In this document: positions 51,129 through 64,000 of the stretch, piece after piece
Numbering within the stretch: position 1 is the stretch's first letter
Layout of the letters: every line of letters begins with the position of its first letter
Source: Ptychomitrium polyphyllum
Taxonomy: Eukaryota
Reading direction: 5' to 3'
NCBI GenBank assembly: GCA_973851085.1
Contig: OZ316775.1
Location: 18,786,001-18,850,000 of the forward strand
DNA length: 64,000 nucleotides
Program-made: the position numbers and the translations under genes
The notes under the pieces: model-generated
What the model was told of the DNA's origin: nothing
Databases searched by the model: none
What the model saw: the letters and a program-made list of their open reading frames with translations, nothing else

Positions 51129-51197
51129 ACACATGCACAAAATGACGTACACATGCACAAAATGACGTACACATGCACAAAATGACGTACACATGCA
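51129..51197 (+). repeat. Perfect 20-bp tandem repeat ACACATGCACAAAATGACGT, ~3.5 copies
   Basis: Units at 51129, 51149, 51169 and a partial unit at 51189. Confidence 0.95.
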
Positions 51198-51293
51198 TTT
51201 TCATTTGTTGACACCTCTTATTTTTATTTTTCAAAATTTTGGTGTATATGTAAAAAATGAGGGATCATATCACCCACCATATCATGTCTCATA

Positions 51294-51387
51294 CCATGCC
51301 ATACCCAGCCCTATGGAAACAGAAACTCCATTGGTACTGATTAATGCCATGTCATACCCACCCCCATGGAACCAGAAACTCCATTGG
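51294..51387 (+). repeat. 41-bp imperfect direct repeat, period 53 bp
   Basis: CCATG.CATACCCA.CCC.ATGGAA.CAGAAACTCCATTGG at 51294 and 51347. Confidence 0.85.
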
Positions 51388-52710
51388 ATGGATATTGTAA
51401 TGGATGGATGTTTTAATGGATGGATATTTTAGTGCAACTCTGGGTGGTAGTCATCTCAGTCCTTGGCTCCAATTTTCACATCATACTCATGGTTCAAGTC
51501 TGGTTTCAGTACATGATTATTTATGAAGAAAGGAAAGGAATGTCAAGTCCATCTGCTGTGAGCCTGTGATCTGTGCTAAATTAGCTGGCATCCTTGAATT
51601 GCGGTGAAATGTCAATGTCATCACTGGCATGGTGCACCTTGGCAGATTACTACAAATCCATAGTAGATTGTGGTAGCATTTTTTCACAGTAACAGCTCCC
51701 TTCAAAGTTACAGCAATGTCTCATTTTTATCCCTCTGAGATTTTCTTTCATATTAGGGTTAAAAAGTACATCATTGATGCTCACACATGTTTCATGTTGG
51801 CTCTCTGGTTGTTAAAACTTCACTATAATGACTCTTTAGACAATTACTATTGTAACTTTTAAATATCTAAAGTGAATATCTTTGTTGCCAAATTAAATGC
51901 ATGGAACACTTAAAAAAAATATCCTTAGACATGGAGGCCCTTAGGACTATGAGTTAAGAATATTATATATTTCATATAGATACAATTTACACCATTATAA
52001 AATTTTAAATTTACACTATTAACAAATATAAAGAAAAAAAGAAGAATTCTAGTTGTTTTAGAAGGGTGGATTTGTATAAATTCTTTACTTGTTTGTTATC
52101 TTGTATCAATGTTGTCTACCAAACATAGATTGTAATAAGAATAATCCGTAGTTGCTATTATTTGTTTTTGTCAAGATATAAAATCTATAAAATAACAAAT
52201 TTTGAACCATTATTAATTCAAATTCTGTGAACATTTCCAGAACCTTAAAAATCCTAAAAGATTTATAAACTTTTATAAGGAATTCAACCTTGCATTTTAA
52301 TAATACATATTTTTGTATGTTTGAATTTCTTTGGAAAAGTCAATATATTTGATAAATGATTTTGGCATTTTAGCAACAATAAGCAAGTTGGTTTTGTATA
52401 CATTATAGACTTTGAAATATTCTTATTTTATCTAATTTTTAAAATATTGATAAATTAAATCATACTTCTTTACATTTAAATGTATAATAGTCTTTTAATG
52501 ATTAAAAAAGATCCATATACAACATACAACAAGGAATGTGACTTTTATTAAATTCTTCAGCCACCTCTACAAACACTTTTACAATTACAACATAGGATCA
52601 TTTGTACAATCTGTCACTTTGTCAACCAATTATAATACAAATCCAAGTACCATGCAATCTCTAAGTTTGTAATATTCCTATGTACTGATTATCAACACAT
52701 CAATCATTTA

Positions 52711-52960
52711 GTCACAATACCAAATCCCCTTTATGTTCAAACTATCACTCTCAGAATCAAAGACAACATAAATTCTTTCCTGCAACTAATCATTATAGTA
52801 TCCTAACACAACATAGTATCTCCTTTACAAACTATCACAATACAAAATCCCTTTTATGTACAAACTATCACTCTCATAACCAAAGACAACATAAATTCTT
52901 TCCTACAACTGATCATTATAGTATCCTAATACAATATAGTATTTCTTGTACAAACTGTCA
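52711..52960 (+). repeat. ~123-bp tandem duplication (2 copies, with a weaker third copy upstream)
   Basis: TCACAATAC.AAATCCC.TTTATGT.CAAACTATCACTCTCA...CAAAGACAACATAAATTCTTTCCT.CAACT.ATCATTATAGTATCCTAA recurs at 52712 and 52835. Confidence 0.9.
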
Positions 52961-53879
52961 TTGTGTATTACCTAGCTACAAAATAGAATCTTTCAAAGAA
53001 TCAAAATAGAATAGAATCCTGTACAACCATCCTTGTAATCTTTAAAACAATTACAACATAGAAGCATCACTGGAAACCATCCCTATAATTCATTCTATCT
53101 TTAGTTTGTTAGCAATCAACAACAATGAAAAAACATTCTCAATTTTTAAGTTAATGACAATCAATCAAAACAATTTTTATTTAAAGATTTCAACTATATT
53201 AGTAACTTGATTTATTTTAAAAGATTAACTTATGATAAATCACCTCAAATTTAGGTAATACGACTAGTTCCACATTCCTTATCAATCTAATGTATCTACA
53301 ATAATTTTTCTGTGATACATATGATCAATCTATCAACATATATTGTAGCCATAAAACGAGTTTTTTCATGTGTAAACCAAGACCGACCATCTCCATGCAC
53401 TCTTTGTGCACAACGTAGATTATGGAAGCCCAAATGTACGCATATAATAGATATTATCGGTTTTCCTCACAGGCTCGGTTATTGAAGATTCAGTAATGGT
53501 TGGACGCCTGAAGCTGGGAAGCTCACTAAGTCTTTAGTAAAAACCTTGCAGGTTCCCATAGTAAGAACCATGGCTGGTTGAAAGTTGTCACTTTCATTGC
53601 AAGGACGGGGAAATGTTCGAGCCAAGCTTTACTGCCATGTACACATAATGCGCGACTTCGTGTCAGAGCGAGTTTGAGAGGGATGTCTTCGAGGACCTGA
53701 GATCTTTATAGAGAGAGTCTAGCTTGGAAGAGGCACTCATTTTCTGTGGCTGTGATATTGGAGCAAAGCTAGTGTTGCTGCTTCTATCTCTGCGAACTCG
53801 TGCATCTTAAGTTTAACCACAGCAAGTTCTCAGTCTGGTGTTGCACGTTTAGACGCCAAGTTGTTAGGAGCTCCTTACC

Positions 53880-55777
53880 ATGATGTCGAGGATAGCGCTC
53901 AGAGTGCCCAGGTCTACAGGTGTGGGTGCCAAGGGACACGGCCAGGCGCCTCGCATGGATGTACGCCTTCCCAAGGGACGGTTTCAGGTGAAGTTCCACA
54001 TACTTTTCATGCTTTTTCTCCTCTTGGAAAGATTCATCCCTTGCATGTTTTGGTCTTGATAAAAAGTTGTTCTAAGAGTGAGTGTGGAAGTTGTCTTTTA
54101 GTCAAGCTTCATGAAGCAGGGTATTTTTGTGTTGCTAGAGATGATTTAGGAAACCTTACTAAGACGTGTGTGGTTGTTGGTGGACGTGCAGGCCTTACCC
54201 GTCCATATCATATCAACCATTCTGAACAAGGTTTTGGATGCAAGAGACGTTGCAAACTGCATGGCTACGTGCAAGACAATGTATGAAGGTGCTAAACTGA
54301 TCAAAAGCCTGATTTTAACGTGCAGGAAAAAAGACCACCAAGGACGCCCATTCGCGCCATCAGAGGTTGCAGAAGAAGATCCACTAGATGTCGAAGAAGA
54401 GGAGACCGATGACGAAGACATTCAAGCGTGTGAGTATTGCCGCGCGGCCGAGCCAAATTCTCCCAGATACCTGCCGATTCACGTGTCTTTTAAAAACTCA
54501 TGCGTGAGCATGCTCCGCCACGTGAACAAGGTCGAGCAGCTTCGGATCGACCTTTCCTGGGAATTGCAAGAGGAGATGTTCGAGGAGGAGGATACGAACT
54601 TCTGGTTGAGCGGGCCCAAATTCGTTCGCAAGATAGTGTCGCTGTGCAGCCACACGCTTCGCGATCTGACTGTCGTTGATTACTGCACCTACTGGTTTAT
54701 CAAGCGCCAGTCACCCATTATGAAAGTGCTCTCCGAGACTTGTAAGCATGCTCCTCCTTCTTTCCCAAATTTTTGCTTCACCTTCTTGTTGACAACCCAA
54801 ATTGGTTACCATGTCGTCAATGGCCTGACATTCAAGTTGTGTGCACGGTATTGAACACAGGCAAGAATTTGGAACACCTGGAGCTTCGCAACATGTACCT
54901 CGACACGGACGGCCTCGAGGTCCTGCCCAAGGTCAAGAGCCTCACACTCATCTGCGTCAAGATGACCGACAAATCCATCACGGACGTCAACAAATCCATG
55001 CCGGCCCTCGAAGAGTTGTCGCTGTTGCACATCTTCTGCGTGCAGGTAGTCCGTATCTCCTCCCCAAGCCTCCAAGCCCTCCGCTGCGACCTTGCCACAA
55101 CAACAACAGTCGAGCTCAACCTCCCCTCCTGCAAGAACCTCCGGCTCGGTTTGACCTGCGCCAACAGACTCATTGTCAGCGCCCCCTCCCTTACCTCCCT
55201 CGTCGTCCGCATGGACAATCATGATAACCCCGTCATAAAATTCCGCGACGTCTGCAACCTCACACACCTTCTTTATAGCACATTTTACTTTGGGCCTCTC
55301 TCCAAGCTCATGCGCACGGACGCGAATCTCAAGAGCCTCTTCCTGGATGTTCCCTGCATGAATTTCCGCGACTATCGCTCACTGGGACGCGTCCCCGACA
55401 CCCTCCTTGACATAGAAGCGCTCGGAAACAAATGCCCTGCAATCAAGACGTCGAGCTGGGGCCCGGGGCTGTGGCTCGGCATCGAGAAGGCCTTAGTCGC
55501 TGGCCGACAGGACCTTGCAGCGTTCCTTCGATGGCCTGCACTCTCGGAACTCACTGTACATCTGGTGGTGCTGAACGCGAATGTTTCCATGGCCATGCTT
55601 CAGTACTTGATTGCTGTTCTGCCTTCTCTGCAATCTCTAGAGGTTTACGTGCATTGTGGATCTGACAGCCTCTACGACAGCCCAGTCGATCCTCAGCTCT
55701 TCTCGGCCCGTTGCAAGGAGCAGCTAGTGGGTGTGCCTCGCTTGCGTTTGGACCGTTGGTCGCTTAGCTGGTTTTGA
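53880..55777 (+). CDS. F-box/LRR-repeat protein (At1g67190/At1g10780-like), 3 exons, ~524 aa
   Basis: F-box LPVHIISTILNKVLDARDVANCMATCK, then RQSPIMKVLSE and LRR-like LEHLELRNMYL, VKSLTLICV, MPALEELSL, and WGPGLWL. Exons 53880-53987, 54192-54741, 54861-55777 join in frame; exon 1 and the start are less certain (alternative ATG at 53955). Confidence 0.85.
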
Positions 55778-56899
55778 AATGCTTTAGCTTCTGATGGTGG
55801 TTGATCAGGTCTTCAGCTGAAGTTGTTGGTTGGGTCTTTAGCTTTACTGACACTGTGGGGTGCTTCGGAGTACAGTCCTCTGAATTTTGTTTGTTTTTAT
55901 TATTTTAATTTCCGGCACTAGCGGAGATACTATACTTTACTACAATAGCTAGCAGCCAAGAACTATGGCCCTCGGAGGCCGCTGGTCAATTTCTTTTTCC
56001 AGTTTACAAGATCAAATGAGTACTCTGTATTTGATTACTTGTAATGAAAAATTATTATATTATTAATGCTTTTGTAATTGGTCAATCTGGGGATGGGCTT
56101 GTTCTTAGTTGTTGTTTGTTATTTTCATAGAGTGTCTCTTTGTGACATGGTGGATGGTGAGTTTTTAATGGGAGCATGCCAACTTTATTTTAGGCTGCTA
56201 AGTGTTACAGTTGCTTAGAGTTAGAGTTGCTTAAAGACTAGAAGAGCTTCATTTTATGTGTATGAAAGTTTGCTCACCCTTAGGCAGCGTTTTATCTTAT
56301 AGTTTTATTTCATTTATAAAATTTCTCTCCATGTCTATACACAGAAACCAACTGGTTGAAAAGCTTCTTTCGTGGTTTGCCCATAAGGCACACTTGATGT
56401 CATAATCTTCCTCAAGTTTTGCAACCCACTTGATGTCACAATCTTCCCAAGAGGAAGAAGTAATGCCTTGTTTGTGTGCTTGAATGCATACAGCTTGCAT
56501 GTGTCATGTACATACAAAATCTGAAGTGATTTTCAATTTTTTTTAAAATTTAACCAATTATATATGTACCTGAAGTTACTGTAATGAAGTTACTCTTCAA
56601 AGTCTACCATTTTAGAATCGTCCTACATATGGCATTAACCTTTCAAGACAAGTCTTTCCTTGAGGCAGCAAGATGTATCACCTACTAGCTCTTATTTCAC
56701 TCAGTTCAAGCACAGGATCAATCGAGGCATTGTCCTCAGATAGAACTCCACATTGTCTTGATGAATTCACAAATGATAATACTCCTCTAATTTTCCAGTG
56801 ACAAGATCACTCCTGCCAACAGCAAACAGCCTTATGCTCTCCAAGAATTACTCTTCATTCTAGGTTCAGCACCACTGCCTCTGACTCACTTTCACTGTC

Positions 56900-59800
56900 T
56901 TCTTGCAATATTGCCACCACTCGCTACATGCTCGGCAACCGCTCTGTCTCGTTCTGAATGCAAAGTTAAGCGATACTTATTAGGCGCTGCGCTTCCAGAT
57001 TCTTTTAAATTTTCTAAGCCCATTGTTTAGTCTACCAATTCCATCAAGCTATCTTGCCGAAGTAGCTCCCAAGCCTACAAGATACCAAGGTAAGAGACCA
57101 TGAGTTGACTAACTAAGACTATATGAACCCCTTCATGTCCACGCGTACTAAAATTCACAACTTGAATTGAGCAACAAACAAGTACTACTTCTCTTGGAGG
57201 GGAAGGTTTCAATGATATTCCTTCGTCCACTGACCATCTCCAAAATAACACCCCAAAGCTCAAGACGCATACTTTGTCATGCAATTGACCAAAACATACA
57301 TGTTTTGGTGCCAAACAACCCTTCCATACAGACATCAAAATTCCACATTACAAACGCAATTCAACTTCTCAACATCCACACTAATTTACCATACACAAGT
57401 GTGTGTTAAAAAAATCTCATCCATCTATCCAACTAGATCTCCATGATGCTTAATGATCATTACAACCACCACGCAACAGGCAACACCAACACCACCAGGC
57501 AACACCACCAAGTAGAAGAAAAGTTTGTCATTAGAACTTCACAATTTGAGGTCAGCAACGAGCTTACCTCGTATCACCACATGTTTGGTTATTATGAAAC
57601 TTTCTTCTTCGGGATACAGCGAAGCCAACTCAAATCTACTACCTTATATTCATGACTCTTAGCCAATAAGATGTTGCTAGGTTTGATATCTCGATGCATG
57701 ATTCTGGGTTGAGTAAGTGCATGGAGATAATGTAAGTCACGAGCCACTCCCAAGCAGATCTTTAATCGCACAGAGCTTACCAGACACTTCTTTGGATAAG
57801 TTATGATAACAAAGCAGTACTAATATTAGACAAGAAAGCTGCTAGTCTGAAACACAAGAATCATGCTTCTGACTATGCAGTGGTGCAAGTTCTACGGAGT
57901 GCACATCTTTTAGGAGTTCCAGAACGTTCTATACTTCATCAGTATACGGTTGAAGACTTTTGAAGAGGAGCAAGTCAAAATTTGCAGGTACTGGCTGATA
58001 TGCAAAGTAGATCACACAAGGTGGAGGTTTTACTCACCGAAAAGAACATTGTCAATATCTTAGTAATCGACATACACGAGATTAATAGTCTCACTTGTTT
58101 ATGAATGCAACAATCTTTCAGGTTCACAAGGTGCTTCATTCCAATCAAATGAACAACCTCGTTTAAGAATTCATCTATTGCATTTGTGTTTCATTTGGGA
58201 ATTTGGGAATATATCCTGCTACAAGCGAGAAGCTGATGTCATTGCGTTCAAACTGATTGATAAAAGTAAGGGTATTTGATAGTAACCAGAGATGCAAGAG
58301 AAGTGGTTCTTCAGGGTACTAGGGGAGAGTTGGATAGTAACTTGAGTGTGACTAGCAATTCTACTTCTAATTCCTATAATTCATCTGTAACTTATGTACT
58401 ATTCAGAGTAGTTTCAGTTCGTGGAACAAATCTCTTCATACGTTGTTATTACTTTGTATACGGCCACGAAGGCACCCTGGCCCAACTTCGTGTTGAGATG
58501 GAAGTCTCATGTAGCGGTTCAAAGCTGGCTAGAAGAGAATGAGGCCTTGCGCTTGTTACGACGGCCTTGCGATTGTTATTATTCGTTAGTCCAACTGAAA
58601 CAACATGGTTGTCTCATCAGTAAGAAATTCCTTTAAAAATGTGAAAAACGTCGCTTTTGAAGTTATTAGTTGAATAAGATTTATTACTTCATCGAATGTG
58701 GATTCATCATTACAACAGTAAGGGTTCCCTTGGAGTGTGCACAAGCAAATTTCATGATCTGGTGATGGATGCTACGTATGAATCAGAATGCCAATACACA
58801 ATACGTGGCAGGATGTTTGATATATTTTACACAATCCACAGCCACTTATAAACAAAGGCTAGGATATTCTGTTGCATTCCAAGTGACCCCGAAGTCCTCA
58901 TTCTAAGCTTGTCTAATGAAGACAATAATTGCCTCTTTCTCTTTGGTAAAGATCATCAACGAACTCTAATCGAGATCATTCTTGTCCAACCAATCCTACA
59001 TGTTGCTTACCTAAAAACTGTGGTGATGTATTCAATGTTCGCATCATAGACAACGTTCATGACTTTGTTGTTCCTTAGCGGAAGTACCCTCGGCAAGCCT
59101 GGAGATGTTGTTGATTCTGGAGATTTCTTGCTAACAAAGCCTAGGACAAAGAGTTGCCTGACGTTAAGTGTTCCGTTGATGAGATTGTAGTCAAGATATC
59201 TGGAACATCAATTTATTACCTTATTATTGAAGCAACTTGAACGTGATCTCGACATGGTGCAATCTTACCCAAGTTGTTTGTTCACATTTAAAACTAGACA
59301 GTAATGGCAATGCAACGGGCTGTTAGGTGGTGATTAATACCGTTTAGTTGCCATTGACAACTCCAAGGTGTCTATTATTCACATTGCTGCAATCATTAGA
59401 AATTTTTTAGCAGCTTACAATTCCTGAGGAGAGCCTAAGTTAGGAGATGTTGCAAGAATCCAGAGCACTTGTTAACCAACTATGGGATGGATCCATCACT
59501 GATAAACTGTTGCTATCAGTCAGACAAAGTAAGCATCAGAGTATTTTATTTAAACATTCTGGTAGATGTAGACTGTATAAAACAGGTGGTGAAATTGCCC
59601 ATCATATCTCTTCTAAGATAATGTAGCATTCCAAAGAGGAAGAAAGAAGTTAGAATACGGTCATCATGCTCATGGCTCTCCATCATTCGAATTTCGAAAC
59701 ACACGGACCTAAGTACTAACAATTAACCGACCGAGGGGAAGGCCAGACTTTTTAGGGAAAAATAAAGTAAATTTTATCTAATTAGAAATGATGTCATGGA

Positions 59801-60900
59801 CTGCAAGAAACAAAGTGCTGAAGCAGCATTGGGTAATGACACTTACAATACTTGAAGATCCTCGAACATAGTAATATTTGGCAGAGTTCCAAGTAACCTG
59901 TTGCTGGGATAGATCCCTGGGTAGAACCGGATCCAAGTCTTAGAACTCCTCGAATCGCTATGTTACCTCGAATTTTTTCTGGTCCTAATATCTAGTTCGT
60001 TACTAGTACATCATTATATGAGGCAACGGAAACCAGAAAGTACAAAATCCAGATATTTTCTCACAATTGGAAGAGCTGTGGGTCATGTTCTCAAAGGCAT
60101 TTCCAGGTATCGCTCCCCGCAAATCAGTTCTGCCATGTTTCAATATCTGGAGGTGGTCAGCTCAGCTGCGACGAGGAAGTCTTGGGTTCAAGTTCACCAC
60201 CCAGGTTCACGTTCTGGATATACTGAAGAACCCAAGATCTAGAATGGCTTCAAAGAAAGCCTTGTCGTGTACATCTCTGCGAAACAGAGCAGCATTTCAG
60301 TGTGTTCAAGGATAACCTGATTTAACGTCAGCAAATGGTGCTCACATCTCGAATTTCGAACCAAGAACTAGAGCGGTAAGTTCACAGAATGATATCTGAA
60401 AGGAGTGAAAATTGAAAGAAGACTCTTATAGGGCTGTGATATATGTACATCGCACAACGAGTCCCTTCTCTCTATGTTCTCTAAACAGTTGATGTTTCTG
60501 AGACACTGCACTCCACGCCAACGCTTATAAAAAATGATATGATCCGCCTTGGCGATAGATATCCTTATTGCAAGGGAGTCCCTGAGAAAAGCTCCAGCCT
60601 GCCAAGTTACTCTGAGAATGGGAAGTGCTTATATTCCATGCTCGCCCAAAGGAATGCAAAGCACCCACTGCCAAATTGAATTCACCCACACACAATACAA
60701 TGTAAGGCTTAGACTCTGAAAGCATTGTTTGAACAAAGAAGCATTTCAGCCCTATTCCGTGCAAGGTTCCAATAATCTGAACAGAGTCCACATTGTAAGC
60801 AGCTCAATTCATGATTCCCATTTGATCAGACATGATCCTTCCCTAGAGTTCCACTTATCAGGACCACAGTCACACCTCCTTACGTCGAGTTGCGAAATTG
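56900..60900 (-). pseudogene. Degraded LRR receptor-like kinase pseudogene (LRR-VIII-like)
   Basis: Minus-strand remnants: [35 protein letters not shown] (~57770-57664), DEFLNEVVHLIGMKH.LVNLKDCC (~58175-58105), broken GQL..K..V.SFGV..LEMVSGRRNI (~57290-57210), short LRR-like exon remnants at 59.0-60.8 kb and CDC...SC N-cap-like text at ~60870. Many frameshifts and stops; boundaries approximate. Confidence 0.8.
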
Positions 60901-62601
60901 GCACCTAAATTAATCCAAAACTCTCTACTGCCATTTTAAAAATTAAGTGAACTTTAGACATTGTCAACTTAACTCGGTTTCATCTATCTTCTCGAGCAGG
61001 AACAGCCACAAACAACATATATCTGAACCTTCTGTTCGGGTTCGAAACTTCAGGAGCTTTCCAAAATTCGGCTCCTGTAGTTCCGTGATCCTACCATAGT
61101 AAGTGGATACCGAGTACAATACAACTTAGCTCGAGGTGTGACCTGGTGGTACACAGTCGGTACGATCAATAGCTCTCATGAACGGTGTTCGTCCAGATAG
61201 CAGAAGCTACCCAGTCTAGCTTCTGTGATTTTGACGAGTGATTCCTATGAAATGGCACCCAACCTTCCGAGAATGAATGCTTTGCCACAGTTTTGCATCT
61301 ATCTCATGAGCAAGAGATGGAATGCACTAGCAATAATTGTTCAATTGAAGATCATCATTTTCAATCCGAGAATGTGTAGGAGAGTCAGCCTGATGCAGTG
61401 TCGGAGCGTCAATGGCACAGGCGTACGTACGCTTGCCCCATCTGCACGGAGAACTGGTCATTTCTTTGGCCTTCTCCACTCTTAGTGTGACGCTAAAGTT
61501 GTGTTTTCTAGGGTGATGTATTCTACCATGTTTTATTTGAGACCAAATCCTCGAAGTAAGTTCAAGAGAAAAGCGTGTCCAAATGTCAATATCATATACG
61601 ACCTTACATAAATGGTATCTGTAAGAAAAGTTGGAAGCTTAGGAGCTGGCACCACAGTTTTACGGGAGTGTCACTAATAGAACGATGAATATCACTGTTG
61701 GAATGTGCTAGAGCACATCCAAAGACTCTCTTTACATCCAAAGAGAGAGATTTGCAGAAACCAAGACAAGACAGAAATATGGGACAGCGTCATCGTGTCC
61801 TGAGTTAAATCCTAACAGTTTCGACAAGATGAGTCCCGACACGCAGCCGGTGTACTCGAAGCTTGTCTACTACCGCTCTACGAGAAATATCCTCTCTTAT
61901 CCACGACTCTAACGTTGAGGATTTGACGGACTCCCTGGCCGAAAGCACTCGTTTGCTCCATAGCCTCCAAGGATAGTCTCATGTGAGGAGACATCAAGAA
62001 TCTGAAGACGGCGCACACCATTGTTGGGATGGAATTCAAGGGCCATGAAAGTATTAATTGGATCCTTGAGGACATCAAAAGGCACACATCAGGCTTCTCT
62101 ACCATTGCATTGTCAATACAACGTTGGCAATTGAAGGATTTTGAGCACTTTCACAAGCTCAAAATTCTCTAGTAAACAAGCTTGATTTGGAGAGAGAAGA
62201 CTTAACTCGTAGGCCAGCATGCAAATGGATTGTCAGGTTCATTGGTCAGTTAAGTTATTTGATTCTACCAAAACAAATTATTATTTAAGATATAACATAC
62301 ATATGTTTAACTTAGGAGTAACTTCAAGTTGTTAGTCAATAAAAAATTGGTTCTTTCATGGAATTTTGAACGCAAATTTTATACATTGCTAAAATTCATT
62401 TGATGCAAACTAAAATCAGTTAAATTTGAATTGAGTATTATAATGCTCATTGCTCATTATGTACTGTTTTATAGCGCTTGGTAAATGGAATGTAAAAGGA
62501 AGTTTTGGATTTTTCCATTGTGAGACAATTCTCTCTAAGGTCTCACAGTGCGAAAACGGAAAGTGGACAAAATAATACTATGATATCATATAATATTTTG
62601 T

Positions 62602-63080
62602 AACTTCGCACGCTTCCGAGCTCGATGTTGGCTGGCATCCTCGACAACGCTAGCTCCGGTGCTCCTTAACGGCAGACACGTGAGAGCTCTATCTGGACTG
62701 GAGATTGAGCATCAAAGCGCCACGAAAAGCGAACAACAACATGGTGACTTATGCAGGCATTGCCAAGTTGTGGAACTCGTTCAGGTAGCAACACTTCTAC
62801 AGCTCTTGTGAGTAAAAACCAAAAGTGGATCGACCGAACGCTAAAGCACCCGCCATCTGTAGCTTACACAGAGCACAGCACTGTACTCACCTCTGAGTTG
62901 CTGAAAGTGGAATCTGGGTAGAATCTTCGACCATCACATCACAGTCAAAGCATTGGCCTTGTCTGTCGGAAGTGGGTGGTGTGCACTGATCATGAGATGG
63001 GCACCATACCAGCACGAGCTGCAGCAGCCACCGAGCCGCATCCTCCTCACTGGACAAGACTTGGAGCCTTCTGAGCTTCT
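62602..63080 (+). repeat. Copy B of the dispersed gene-like fragment
   Basis: Matches 48529-48957; lacks copy A 48729-48805 and carries ~120 nt (62920-63038) that copy A lacks. Confidence 0.9.
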
Positions 63081-63120
63081 TTGGAGTGCCTTCCTGTAAA
63101 TTGTAATTTTTTGTGTAGGG

Positions 63121-63159
63121 TACATATCTAAGCAGTGCTTTCTACTGCTTAGATATGTA
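63121..63159. repeat. Perfect inverted repeat: 16-bp stem, 7-nt loop
   Basis: TACATATCTAAGCAGT-gctttct-ACTGCTTAGATATGTA. Confidence 0.95.
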
Positions 63160-64000
63160 GCAAGGAAAATGTGGAGGGGAAGGGGCTATCAAGAGGAATC
63201 AGCAATTAAGCATTATGAAGGCATTGTAGGATGGTGGAAAAATGATTTGTTTAAAGGTACATGTACGTTGTATACAAATCAATTGACTTATGGATATCCT
63301 TGGGAAAAAATATGATTTGTCATTGAAAAAGAAAGATAGGGATATATTGCTGGAGGCATAGGAAGTGAAAGGCCTAAAGAATGTAATGTGCAAAATAAGA
63401 CCAGATTGTTAAATTGAAAAGACGTTAATTTGAGGGAGAGTGGAGGTTCTTGCATATGTGTATGGAGGCAGCTTATGGAAGTGGAAGATACTAAGATAGA
63501 AAGAAGACTATAGACCAAGAGGAAGTCATGCTACTAAAAGTGAATATTTGGCATTCTTAAAGATTAATGCTTTGAATAATTTGCATGGGGATTAAAACTA
63601 TTAGATTGACAAGGGAGTTTAAAGCATTGATCCTACTAGATGTGACTTTAATGTGCACCTACTGGACAATGTCTATCCAAGAAGATTTGAAATACAAAAA
63701 CCAATTCAAAACACTATATGGTTATCAAATATTAGGATCAATACCTATCAGGCATAAAATCTAGAAGGAAAGTTGAGAAGTATAAAAATAAAACTAAAGA
63801 AATCCTTGACTAGAATCAAAGACTTTAATAAGAACAATGAGAAAGGCAATTTAGTCTCAAAAAGAATTCCTATTGCTAAAAGATTGCAACTTGAAAATTA
63901 AAAATGTATATTCTTTCCTAATTGAAGATTTTAAATATAGGTTTGAAGTTCAAAATTATATTATTTTGGATTATGTCTATCATTTGGATGAATAATACTA

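Noticed and set aside
42842..52960. Tandem arrays as CRISPR repeats
   Set aside because: Eukaryotic context, no unique spacers and no cas genes.
54806..55596. Long minus-strand ORFs over the F-box gene
   Set aside because: Shadows caused by C-ending codon bias in exon 3.

Overview
Eukaryotic land-plant nuclear DNA, most likely a moss (inferred from protein style and intron structure; not verified by a search). I traced these spliced genes by hand: a pseudogenised desiccation-related PCC13-62/ferritin-like gene with an RY-rich promoter (2.3-3.0 kb), an intronless FPF1-like gene (-), a 23-exon class VIII myosin (-) with a 14-nt microexon, a ~19-exon CTC1 (telomere CST subunit, -), a 3-exon HD-Zip class I gene (+) with four uORFs, a 3-exon F-box/LRR gene (+) and a heavily decayed LRR receptor-kinase pseudogene (-). 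AT-rich, probably TE-derived spacers, a likely LTR remnant and several tandem arrays lie between them. I cannot support a clear-cut new multi-gene system. The best leads are: an unexplained gene-like fragment present twice with reciprocal deletions (48.5 kb and 62.6 kb); a candidate small spliced gene with a possible 1-nt exon beside the first copy; two stop-free 3n introns and telo-boxes at CTC1; and the regulatory architecture upstream of the HD-Zip gene.
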